DNA of 64,000 bases. Source: Lama guanicoe. Its lineage: Eukaryota. The DNA is taken from positions 23,622,795-23,686,794 of the forward strand of contig MU054187.1 in the NCBI GenBank assembly GCA_013239625.1, read 5' to 3'. This document shows positions 51,431 to 63,579 of this stretch, in pieces (the first letter of the stretch is position 1; each line of letters opens with the position of its first letter). A model generated the notes under the pieces. The model was not told where the DNA came from. It made no database searches and saw nothing but the letters and a program-made list of their open reading frames with translations. Position numbers and translations under genes: made by a program.

Positions 51431-52344
51431 AATAATGTTCTGAACCTTACACAAGGGGGCACATCGTGCTCTTTGGGGGACTGTGCCGAAGTCGTGCTGG
51501 AATAACAGCACAGAACATTCAAAGCTTAGTGCTTGAAACATATGTGTAAGAGCAAAATGAATTAAATTCTGTTATTTTTCTACTTCTCTATGAAGAAAAA
51601 TCACTGTAAACAGTGAAAGGACAAACAAGACTAAGGGACAAAGGAAACCCTAAAATAGAAAAGGTGAGACTGAAAACTCACTATAGTTATCTTTGCACCC
51701 ATTCAAATGATATTCTGGGGAATAGAACTGTGACTAGTATCATATAATATATATCTACAATTCTAAGTCTATGTCTATATCCAATAAATGGAGTAACTTG
51801 CAGGTAAATGAGATCACATAAGCAAGGCAGGTATCTGTGTTGTCACGAAAAACAGGAAAGTGGCCAGAACGTACAGGCATACAATTGTGAGAACTATGTA
51901 AACAGGGTTGGCAGCAGAGGAATTTTCAAAATTGTAAATCAGTGAGCATTGATTGCTAGGGAAATTCTAGCAGAGATTGTAAGTATGCAGGGAGGGGAGC
52001 AGTGATTACCAAAAGTGAACAAGTCAGGGACATTAAATGGAAGCCTGGACCATTTGACCTCAAGATTTCTGCCCTGGAGACTAAGGATCAAAGACCTATG
52101 AGTCCACGATTTCAGACAAATCGAATGAAATAGGACTGTAACGCAACGCCAGAGCTCAGTCTGGGCTGGCTTCAAATAAAGCACTCCAGAAGAAAGGTGT
52201 CTCTCCTGCTTTGAATAGCTAAATAGTTAAGAACCTGGCTTTGATGGAGACTGGTCCAGAATCCTCTGAGCCCCCCAAGAACCCAGAGCTCAGCACTACG
52301 CTAACCAAACTGTAAGTATGAATCTGCACCTGCTTTTACAAGAA

Positions 52345-52468
52345 GGGGATAACTCCTTGCAGAAGGGACTGTCTTACTTAGATTTGTATCTCAAGTATCC
52401 AGTACTGCTCTTGGCACAAAGTCAGTGTTAAAAGAAATGCAGTGAATAAACATGTAAGAATGAAACAA
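52345..52468 (+). mobile_element. L2 3' end
   Basis: 'aactccttgcagaagggactgtcttact…tttgtatc…ttggcacaaagtcagtgtt…gtgaataaa…gaatgaa'. Confidence 0.75.
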
Positions 52469-52470
52469 TG

Positions 52471-52539
52471 GACAACATGTAAATTCACCTGGAAACAGAT
52501 GCCAGCAGATGAACTGCCCACATGTAAAAGATTCAATCT
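52471..52539. repeat. 69-bp dispersed direct repeat, copy B
   Basis: 58/69 identical to 50558-50626; begins directly after an L2 tail. Confidence 0.92.
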
Positions 52540-55500
52540 GTCATCATTTAATTCTAACTCTATGAAAGGTATATGAGTCTGACCAGACAGCTGCCTCTGT
52601 GTTCCTCAAGAAATGAAGGGAATTAATATTTGTTGTATCTCTGGGTGCCACACGCAAAGAATTACACCAAAGAAAGAGATGAGATAGGCATGCTCACAAA
52701 GGCATTATCTCTTCCTCATTTCCCAGTTCTCTGATCTATCTTTTAAAAAAAAAAAATTATCATCTTCTAGAGAGAGAATCACGCTAAGAAGTAAACAATA
52801 AAAGTCACTATAATTAAAGCGGTGGTTATCCAGGCAAGATACTGGAGGGGAATTTCAACATCTAAAAATAGACAGCAGTATAAATAATTTAGGTTTACAG
52901 TACCAGTTCTGAAAAGGAACTATGAGAATCAAAATTGTGGGTCACTCGTCCCATTATTTTGTGACTCTAAATAAAGGTCAAATGGAACAATAGCTAATAA
53001 TTAAAAATAGTAAAAAGTAGTCATGATGCATGTGCTAAATAAATGTGAGGTTATTTGAAATAAAATGTTATGTATTAATTAAGAATTGTAGAATATGGCT
53101 AAGCCTTTATGCAATGCCCATCCTTAATATCTGTAAGACAAAGATAGATTACTCCTGGTTATTGAAAAAGGCTTTGAATAATGATTTTAGTTCCAATATA
53201 GATTGGCCATTTTTTTCAGAACTCCTCTCATCCTATTCGGCCCTTGCCATATATTACTTAATATCAAAATATCAGAATTGAGTCTGTTATCGTGAGGACT
53301 TTTTATTAATATTCATAGTTACAAGAACACAACCAGAGAACAATGCTTGCTAACATCATAAATAATGCCATTGTGAACATTTAAAAAATACATAGCAGTG
53401 TTTATTTTCTTCCTGGGCAAGATAAGAATCTATCCCCATAGCCCTGTGGGCTATGAATCTAATGTCCTCGTGCCTGACCTTCAGACAATCAGCTAACAGC
53501 ACTATCCATCCTTTTGCAAACAGTAGGACTGTAATGTCCCACAGATAATCCCATTTTCTGGTTGTCAGTTTCAAATCATGTTTTTGAAATCCATGCCCAC
53601 AATGTTTTAAAGGCTAGTATTAACTCAGATCTTGTCACATTTCAAGTAAACAGTTTAAAAAATTAAAACTTTAAGCAAATAAATTTCAAATTTTTCAGGA
53701 GTACAGAGAATCAAACCACGAAGATTATTTTAAAAAATTATGGCAACAATGAGGTACCCGCATCTGACACACACACAACAAAAACATAGGTTATACCACA
53801 AGAGGTTTTGTAGTTTCTTGTATCTCTAAAAGGGTAACTGAGTGCGTCTGTATGTGTCCAAGCATGTGATAAATGTGTGTGTGTGTGCATGTGTTTTAAT
53901 ATTCAGCCAATATTCTGTGGTCTCCAGTGTTACTCATTTCCCTTGAGGATAATTCAACTGTCTCTACAGAAGCTTAAATAGGATATGAAAGTAATTCTCT
54001 GCTTCCTGCGTTCAAATGCATTGCTTTGTATTTATGCAAATGTTCAGTTCAGCCTCTTGAAAAATTCCAGAGAAGAGCTACCCTAAATAACAGTGGGGAA
54101 AAAAATTTAGTTACTCGTGATTTCAAAGAAAATATTTTTAAAATTTCCTTTAAAGATGCAAGGGTTTACAACACTAAAATCCCTTGCTACGTCAGTCCTT
54201 GTCCTGTGCCATGAAGGGAAGTGTGTGAGATAGTCATTTTGATTCATGTTTTACCCAGTACCACGTAGGGGTTGGTAATTACCAGTCACTGAAGAGAGGT
54301 TACCACTCCCCATCTCTAAATTATAAATATGACAACACTTGTAAGATCCTTAATCACTCTGCATTGGCTCAATGAATTAAATGTTCATCAGGTCAAGTTT
54401 CATTCTTTCTGTTTCCATGTTTAAGAAAAAGAATATTAAATAATAATTCAGTTGAAGGTACAAAGCACAGATATTCAATAGTAATACACTAAAATAGTGA
54501 TCTTTATTGTTGGCTAGACATTTTTTTTTCATTTTATAAGATGTTAACTGTAATAATTTTATTTTTTCTGTTTAGTGAATATTAGTAAAGTTAGAACATC
54601 TTAATTACACAGTTTAAAAATGGAGGGAAATAAATCTGTTTTAGACAAAAAGAAACATGCACTACATATTAAACTAACTGTTCTTAAGCCACCAAAATAA
54701 AACTAAAGATGTTCAGCTTTTACATTTTAATTTCTTATTCCCATTTCAAAACATTTGGAATTTTGAATATGAGCAAAAGCGGTACAAAGCTGAGCAGCTC
54801 AACACATACTACTTTTGCTGTATCTCTGCTACATATTTAATTTGTCACTATGATTAAGAGTACTTTATTCAAATCCCTTTCATTATGAATATTCCATTCA
54901 GGGTATTCAGACAAAGTCCCAAAGCCTTCAGACCTCCGTCTACACCCAGGTGTGTTATTGGGTGAACTTCATCTAAGAGAGTCACAGATGTCTTGCAAGG
55001 AGAAGACTGGAAACAAACGTATATCATCCTTCTGTCTTTCCTGACCCACCACGGCTGCAACTGTGCTTCAGGCAGATGGATCAGTTACTTGAAAACTAGT
55101 ATTTATCCAGGCTTGAAAGCACCTTTGTGAACCATAAGGGTGATTATGTTTATTTAACTATTACTAAGGAATATGCTATTAAATTGGCTACTCTTTGGAC
55201 AGTAGCTTTGACATGGAATAAATGTATGATCCACCGTAAAGCCTGGACTATGTGTGTGACTAGCAACGCACAGAGTAATCTTCATCACATTTACTTTTCA
55301 GCTATAAAAATAGTTCTATATCATCAGTCAGGTCCAGTGCAGTCTCAGAAAGATACTTCCGTTTTCATTTTGAGAAACTAAATTAGACAGTTCTGTCCTT
55401 CCTCTCTGGTAGGTGGTCACTCAGGCAGTGATATTTGATGTGGTGGTATCTGAAGGGTATTTATAACATGTTCACCAGCACTACTGATTGCACTGAATTC

Positions 55501-56438
55501 CACTCCCCCCCCTCAAGTTTTTGAGCACCTTCACTACGATGCTAACGCTGGTTACATGTACCTGGTATCATGTACATGGCAGCTAAAATCGTTAAAAATA
55601 TAAGAAAGAAAAGCCCAGAAAGGACAAATACAAATAGTTATCACTGATCTCTTAAATCTGCTCCTCCTCCTGGTCTCGTATTTTTTTTAAGTCATCACCA
55701 CTCAAAATAAAATCCTGAAGCCTATATTTTTGGCTGTTCTGATATCCAGTTTATCCTGGTCCCCCAGGTAACATTAAGTCCCACAACGTGGGTCTGAAAT
55801 ATTAGATTTGTAATGGATTCTGAGAACACATCTACTGTGTAGAAAATGCCACTGTACGCTGCACAGTGATGGAGTCTTAAACTGCTGCAGCAAACATGTT
55901 TGGTCCTGAGTCCTGAGGATGCAGCAATATTGGTGCTGCAATGTCTTCGTGTAGGTTGCTAATTGCCCAGGACTCTGATGTGATGGGAGGTATAAGACAC
56001 AGAAGGTTGAGGGTATCCCATCTTAGAAGCACTGCAGAAATTCTATTACGGTGGAACATATGCCAAGGTTATAGCTGAAGAAATGACTCAAGCCCCAAAA
56101 GGTACCTAAGGAAGCTCTTCTAGATGGCTCAGAATTTTTTTTAATGAGAGCATGAAGAGACTTAGTATATAATTTTGAAATTTCAATGTTCTGACCTACA
56201 ATGGAAGAATGATGGGAGAATCATGTTTTAATTTGGTACAGACAAAGGATTGCCTTGGAATGGGGAAGTTTTCACATTGCAGAAAGCAATTTGAGAAGCT
56301 TTTGCAAGTTTCTGCTTGGAATACCATGACTTTATTATCTGGGGGACATATATTCTGAACTGGTGTATTTGCATGGATAACACAGACACATACAATAAAA
56401 GAAGACAAATATATACAGGATAAATTACTGGTCCAATG

Positions 56439-56711
56439 CTGCACTGTCCCTTACATGTGACACATGTAATAGACATGTGGCTGTTGAAAATTTGCAGTGT
56501 GGTTAGTGTCACATTTTAAAATTGAAAAACTGAAGAAATGTACCAAAAAAACTACCTTATCAATAATATTTTATTGGTTATATGTTGAAATGATACTATT
56601 TTGGATATAGTTCATTAAAGAAAACATTTATTTTTACTTTTTTTAACATGGCTACTAGAATGTTTAAAATTACCTACGTAGCTTGTATTCTATTTCTGTT
56701 GTGGAGAACTG
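56439..56711. mobile_element. hAT-Charlie element (MER3/MER33/Charlie-type)
   Basis: 'ctgcactgtcc…acatgtggct…tgtggttagtg…tgttgaaatgatactattttggatata…tggctactagaa…aaaattac…tatttctgttg'. Confidence 0.8.
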
Positions 56712-58219
56712 GTCCAGGATTGAGTAAGGACAGTATTGCACGGCACGGTAATATTCTTCTGAAAATATTTCATAGGCTTTTAGGACAATATCAAAGGACA
56801 AAGGTTCTGAGAGACTGAATTACCCACTTCATTGTTCTCATGAAGGAGTAGGTTTGTAAAAACAACCTCACTAAGTTGTAGGCAGGAGTTCTCCGGGACT
56901 TCATTAATTACCACCCCCAAAGGGGCAAGCCCTATGGCACCACGAAGGGGCCCACTGCATTTGGGGATCAAGAGATAAAAAACAGAAAACGGAGGACTGC
57001 TTGCTACGCATGCTTACTATTAGAAGGGAGCATCTAAAAAGAACTCAAATATGCAACAGTCTTCAGTGAAACACAATGAGACCTCAGGGAGCTGTGGTAC
57101 CTGTAGGTAAGAATCATAAAGCTATGCCTGGACTGAAGTGTTAAATAGAGACATGCCCAGAACAGAGAAAGTCAGTGGCAGCAGAAATTAACAGGAGGTC
57201 CCTAACAGGCAGATGAACCCCAGTGATTCAGAAGTTAGAGGCCTCCCCAACAGTCCCCACACCTCTCCTACATCTCTCATGACCGAGCAGAGCCTCCATC
57301 CACAGATAACCTGGAAGAGTCTGCCCGTGATTTCACAAAATCATCGGCGCTAACAAGAAAGCCAAACTGCATCTGTTTTAAGCTACACGACTTGTACACC
57401 TGTGGGTTTGCTCTCTATTTTCTTTTTACTTGTCTCGTAATTTAACAAAGCTTTCCTGAAATTAGTCTATAATGTGGCAGAGTTCATGCAATTCATGCAT
57501 TTTGTGCTCCATATAGAGAATAGATATGTTTCTGAAAAGTATTCTAAGTCTGAAACTATATCAGCAAAACTTACTTTTCTGTGTATTGATGTGAAAAAAG
57601 GAAAAGTATACATTTGTAGAATATATACATTTATATATATTCCTACCCATGCATGCTGCTATAATCAAGTAAAAAAATGGCAAAAGATTAAAAGTACCAC
57701 TTCTATATGTTTTTTTGATGATTCAGGTGTATGTCTTTAAGATGTGAGTTCAGTGGACAAGGGAATGTTCCATTAAGTTAGATAAACAGAGAGAAGACAG
57801 ATAGAGTAATATAAAATACTTTTGTTTTTATGTTGTTAGAAAAAAAAATCTACTGAAATTCAGACTTAAAATGGAATTTGGGGATTTGATGCAATAGGAT
57901 ATTGGTCTACAATATGAACTTTATTCATCACAGGAAATGTGGAAGATAATCTACAGGGGAGATGAAACAAAATATTAGAACTTCTTTCGGTATTGACTTA
58001 TTAAATCTCATTCTTTTTTATTTCTGTTTTGAGTATGCTTTAGTCAATGTATATAATTTATCAATAACCAAATATAATATTTTGAGGGATGCTCAAAAAA
58101 TTAATCCTTGAAGTACCAGGTCAAAATTTGGGGGGATCACTGTAATAATTAACTGGAAAGTAAATATGAATACACTATTTAATAATAAACAGACTTATTT
58201 CAATCTGCACTAAACCACT

Positions 58220-58555
58220 TTTGTTTATTTATTGAATGAGAGATTCTTTAAACTCTATAGTGCTTTACAGTCTTCAGAAGTTTCACACACATGATTTCAT
58301 ATAATCCCATAATGGCCCTTTTGTCATTCTTTCCTTCTCTCCACTGGTAAACACTAGTTTGTTCCCTATATCTGTAAGTTTGCTTCTTATTTGTTTTATT
58401 CACTTGTTTGTTGCATCTTTTAGATTCAACATATGATGTCACACAATATTTGTATTTCTGCCTGACTAATTTCACTTAGCATAATGGCCTTCAAGTCCAT
58501 CCATGTTGCTGCAGATGGCAAAATTGTATTATTGTTTATGGATGAGTACTATTCC

Positions 58556-58595
<40 letters not shown>

Positions 58596-58762
58596 CATCT
58601 TCTTTATCCATGCATCTGTTGATGGACACTTAGGTTGCTTCCATACCTTAGAATTATAAATAAGGCTACTATGAACATTGAGGTACATATATCTTTTTGA
58701 ATTAGTGTTTTTGTTTTTTATGGATATTTATCCAGGAGTGGAACTGCTGGGTCATATGGTAA
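58220..58762 (-). mobile_element. L1 3' end (ORF2 C-terminus + 3'UTR + A-tail); non-inverted arm of a twin-primed insertion
   Basis: T-rich tail at ~58220; 'gatggacacttaggttgcttcca', 'gctgggtcatatggtaa'; internal (GT)n 58557-58592. Confidence 0.9.
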
Positions 58763-58765
58763 ATT

Positions 58766-60053
58766 AATTAAAATGTATATACAGAACTCTGTTTTATTTC
58801 TATACACTAAGAAAGACCTATCAGAAAGAGAAATTAAGGAAATAATTCTATTTACCATTGCATCAAAGAATAAAATACCTAGGGATAAACTTACCTAAGT
58901 AGATAAGACCTATAATCAGAAAACTATAAGATACTGATGAAAGAAATTGAAGATGACACAAACAGATGGAAAGATATACCATGTTCTTGGATTGGAGAAT
59001 TAATGTTGTTAAAATGACCATCCCACTCAAGGCAGTCTACAGATTCAATGCAATCCCTATCAAAATACCAATGACATTTTTCATAGAACTATAACAAAAA
59101 TTTTCAAAATATGTATGGAAGCACAAAAGACCCTGAATAATCAAAACAATCTTGAGAAAGAAAAACAAAGCTGGAAGACTCAAGTGCCACGACTTCAGGT
59201 TATATTACAAAGCTCCAGTAATCAAAACAGTATGGTACTGGTGCAAAACAGACACATAGATCAATGGAACAGAATAGAACGCCCAGAAATAAACTCACAC
59301 ACTTATGGTCAATTAATCTATGACAAAGGAGACAAGAATATACAATAGAGAAAAGACAGTCTCTTGAATAAATGGGGCTGGGAAAACTGGACAGCTACAT
59401 GTAAAAGAATGAAATTAGAACATTCTCCAACACCATATACAAAAAAATGAACTCAAAATGGATTAAAGGCCTAAATGTAAGACCTGATACTATAAAACTC
59501 CTAGAGGAAAACATAGGCAGAACATTGACATAAATCATAACAATGCTTTTTTGCATGTCTCCTAAAGCAAAGGAAACAAAAGCAAAAATAAACAAATGGA
59601 ACTAAATAAAACTTAAAAGCTTTTGCACAGCAAAGCAAACCATGGACAAAACAAAAAGAATCTACTGAATGGGAGAAGGTATTTGTAAAAGGTATGACCA
59701 ATAAGGGGTTAATATCCAATATATATGAACAGCTCATAAAAAAAAAAAACTGATTGAAAAATGGACAGAACTGAATAGACATTTTTCTCCAAAGAGGAAA
59801 TTCAGGTGGTCAACAGGCACATGGAAAGATGCTCAGCATCACTATTCATCAGATAAATGCAAATCAGAACCACAATGAGACATCACCTCATACTGGTCAG
59901 AACAGCTATCATCAAAAATAACACAAATAACAAATGTTGGCCAGCATGTGGAGAAAAGGGAAGCTTCGCCTCCTACCCTGTGGGTGGGAATGTAAATTGG
60001 TGCAGCCACTATGGAAAACAGTATGGAGATTTCTCAAAAATATGAAAATAAAA
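58766..60053 (+). mobile_element. L1 ORF2 segment; inverted 5' arm of the same insertion
   Basis: ORFs 59115-59348 (…[14 protein letters not shown]…YGQLIYDKG) and 59857-60045 (MQIRTTMRHHL…NNKCW). The arm ends at 'aaaataaaacc', where the minus arm ('ttaccatatgaccc') takes over. Confidence 0.9.
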
Positions 60054-61319
60054 CCGTCGGCTTTTTAAAAATATTTACTCAAATCTGTACGTTTATAATT
60101 AAAAATTGAAAATTGAAATTAAATTATGGGGATCATTACATTTTCTTAAAATGCACTTTCTGCTTTTCTGAATCCTGATAGCCTTATGGTATCTTGCTGA
60201 ACATTCTAACATATCAGCACATCACTGTTCTCTTTAACCAACTTTTACATACTACACATGAAATCAGAAGAACACAAAGTAATAAAGACAAAATTTCACT
60301 CCAAAGCAAGAGTCGAAAGTCATAAACACAGCACAGCCAAAAAGAGTGCAAACCTTGGATCAAAGGACACATCTTTATAATCCCAAAATTTAGCTTAATT
60401 CCTCTGGTTATCTATTCAGACAGAATTATATTCTTTCAATATCCTCTAAGGACGTTTGAAGGGAAAAGCAAGACAAATCATACAGATAAGGCTGTTTGAA
60501 CTTATAATTTATTTGTACTATGTTCAGATCCAGCTTAAACTCATCTGAAGAGTCAAAAAGGAATATAAAAATAACTTAGTGGCCCACAGGGAAGAGGAGA
60601 TGATCAGCAGAAGACCTAAGAGAGCGCATCCCAATGTGCTTCTTTGACAAAACATCTGTGGGAGGGTCAGGAGGAGGTGGAGATCATTTTCAAAATTATC
60701 CTAAAGCAAAATTGATGCAACAAAGGAATAAACAATGGCTTTGGCTGCCCTGAGAAGGATACTGAGGGCTCTGAAGTTGTTAATATCAGAATCAAATTAG
60801 AATCTAGCCTACTGACCCCCAGGCTAGGGACCCTTCCAGCGAATAGCTCTTCACCAGGAAGCCTGGAACAGTCACCTACGGGCCTTTAATCAACACATTT
60901 ACCCAGGCCCAGACCCCAGAGATCAGTCCTGCATCTTAGAAGCACTATGCAAGGATGCTCATCATAGGATAGACAACCAGCGCTTTTGCAGACTTGTTTC
61001 CGCAAATCGATCCACACTACACTCTCAACCTAGGAAATCTCTGTCTCAAAAATGTCTACTCATTCATCTGGAAATTTCTAAGAGCATCTCCTGACCATTC
61101 CCCTGTCCTGACCACCCCACATCCACAAGCTGGCTGATGTCCCACAGAAGAGTTTCTGCACAAAAAGGTCTTGCCTGTTCTTTGCCAACTAAAATTCTAC
61201 ACATTTTGTTTTAAAGAAATATTAACAGACATCAGTAAGGAATTAATATTAAAACATTCATAATTCTTCCATATGCAAACAGTTTTTTTAAAAAATACAA
61301 CAAAGAGAAAATGATATAT

Positions 61320-61880
61320 ACTAATTCAATGGACTCTTTTGGGTTTCCCAGAGATATAGTCACATGGACAATGTTGAATATGTCATATTTCTTCTAATAT
61401 GGTTGTGCTTTTTTATTCCTCTTTCCTAATTACACAGATTGGGGCTTCTAAAACAGTATTAACCATAGTGAACATGATCACTTTTTGGTTATTTTCCCCC
61501 AAATTAACTAAAAATGTTTCTATTGAAACATTCTTCTTCTTGAAGCTGGTAAATTGGTAAATAAGTGGGTTATTAAGGAAGTAGTCATGTAATTAAATTC
61601 TACAAGGGTGTTTTGTTTTGATTATTTGTTTAAATAAATAGTTGTGGAAGTTAATTTGCCAAAACCTTTTTGGCATTCTTTGAAAAGAACATATGTTTTT
61701 TCCTCTGTAATCTATTAATTCAGTGTATGATATTAATAAATGTCTTAATTTTAAAACATCCTTTACACTTCTGGATTGAATTTCATGTGGTTCCTTAAAT
61801 TATTCTTTTAATGTACTGTTTAATTCAAAAACCTTATACTGAAATTTGTGTTGGTAATAGTCAATGAATTTATTTTTACA
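61320..61880 (-). mobile_element. Ancient L1M(E) ORF2 fragment
   Basis: T-rich antisense: 'ctcttttgggtttcccaga…ttaaggaagt…gttgtggaagttaatttgcc…ttttttcctctgtaatctattaat…ttcttttaatgtactg'. Confidence 0.7.
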
Positions 61881-62754
61881 TATATAAAACATTTAAAGTT
61901 ATGTGGCATCCATATAGAATTCTGATATAAAGGCATTTATTCCTCACGTTTAATTACTAAGCATCTCTTATGCATAGCACTCGGGCCCTGGCTCAGTTGG
62001 GATAGATTTGGGGTTTACGGAGGTACATCAATTAATAAATAGTATAAACCCTCCCCTTCAATGGAGTTCCATTGGTTCCATTCAACGGTGGGATTTGAAA
62101 GATAAGGGGTTAAGATGAGCTTGGATTTGATAATATTTTGATTATAATTGTGGCCAAATTATTATATACAAAACCACCATACTCATATTCCTCCTTTGCT
62201 TGTGTCTCCTTCTTTATTATTTCTTTTTCTTACATTAACGCTACTAAAGCAGAGCGCTATAATTATTTTTCAAAGCACGAAATGGTACTAACAATTTTGT
62301 TCTTGAGCACTGAATAAATATTGCAATAATAAGTGATCATTATTAACAGTGAATGCATGGATTTTAATAAATCATCTGCCCCAAAGCATCTTACCCTTTT
62401 GATCACAATCAGTACTTTGTCAGAAAATTTACTTGATGGCACCATTAAGATAATACTTTCTTCAACTGTTTTAGAGAAAACAACTTGAAACGACAACGAG
62501 TCCCTGTCCCTGCATTTCCCAGGGCATCCCAGTGTTGCTAACCCTCAAAAGACACAAAGCAATGCTTTATCACACCAATCTAACAGCTTTTTGAAATGAC
62601 GCTGCTCATGTATCACAGACATACAGTCACAGGTAAACAGCTCTTGGATAATTCTGTCAACATTTGGGGTATTTTTTGCACTATCAATATGGTGCACACT
62701 GCATGTGTGTATATCCAGCCTGTAATAACAGTAACAATAGCAATAATAAACCGT

Positions 62755-62935
62755 TTAGTTAGAAGTATCTGAAGGATCATCTTACTCAATCCCTTCCATT
62801 TGCAATGATGATATTGGCTTTAAGACAGAAGTTAAATAACTTGCCCAAGGCCTTGTAAACAACAAGTGATGGAGATGATACTAGATGTGGGTCTAAACCA
62901 GGAGTCCTGATTCAGCGCTCTTTTCAACACAATCT
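62755..62935 (-). mobile_element. MIR SINE
   Basis: 'gatcatct…cttccatttgcaatgatg…cagaagttaaataacttgcccaagg…ctaaaccaggagtcctgattc…gctctttt'. Confidence 0.8.
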
Positions 62936-63359
62936 GTTGTCTCCTCAAAGCCAAGTGAACCCAAGCGCAGTGGTCTAGAAACACTGGGAAGTACTTCTGA
63001 GAAGCAGGTGACAGACAGTGGATGGACATGGCCAGAAGAATGCTCCTAGGTGCCATTCCTCACCATGTGCACACTTAGCCTCTCTCTACAGCCCAAGTTT
63101 TGCATCAAGGCTTCATAAAGTAATTCCACGGCAGCCAAGTACGAACTGCTTGAATTCTTTTCTCAAATGCTTCAAACTCCCACTTCTTAAGGATACTTCC
63201 TTTTTTTCTACTTCTTAAAAAAATTTTCTGTGCCAGAAACACGCATCCCCCTCCTTATCTGCCCCTAACTTCTACCTGGCCATGAGGCGGAAACTGAAGC
63301 GGCATTTGCTGCAGGTGAGCTCTGCGCGTTCCTGCTAGTCCCCGCTTCGCTCTTGTTAA

Positions 63360-63540
63360 CAGGCTCCATAACTGCTTTGTTTCCCCTACAACAGCATTTA
63401 GCATATGTTATTCTGATTTCTTTTTTAATTGTCTGTCTCCCTGACAAACTGTAACTTCCAGGAAGGACACGAAACGTTTTTCATCTTTCTCACCATTTTA
63501 CTTTATCCCCAAGGCCTCTTAGACAATAAAATCCAAAGAA
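63360..63540 (+). mobile_element. L2 3' fragment
   Basis: 'tgtctgtctccctgacaaactgtaacttccaggaaggaca…tatccccaaggcct'. Confidence 0.7.
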
Positions 63541-63579
63541 GCCACCCCACAAAAAGCCCCCCATTTTCTCACTTTCTTA

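Noticed and set aside
56451..56469. Perfect palindrome TTACATGTG-A-CACATGTAA
   Set aside because: Short, inside a decayed hAT element, and plausible by chance or local mutation.
56800..56832. Albumin-like start ATGAAGTGGGTAA (MKWV) on the minus strand
   Set aside because: Similarity ends after four codons and no albumin signal peptide follows.
58195..60095. TSD for the inverted L1 (AATCTGCAC / AATCTGTAC)
   Set aside because: The matches are not flush with the element ends and are too short to support.
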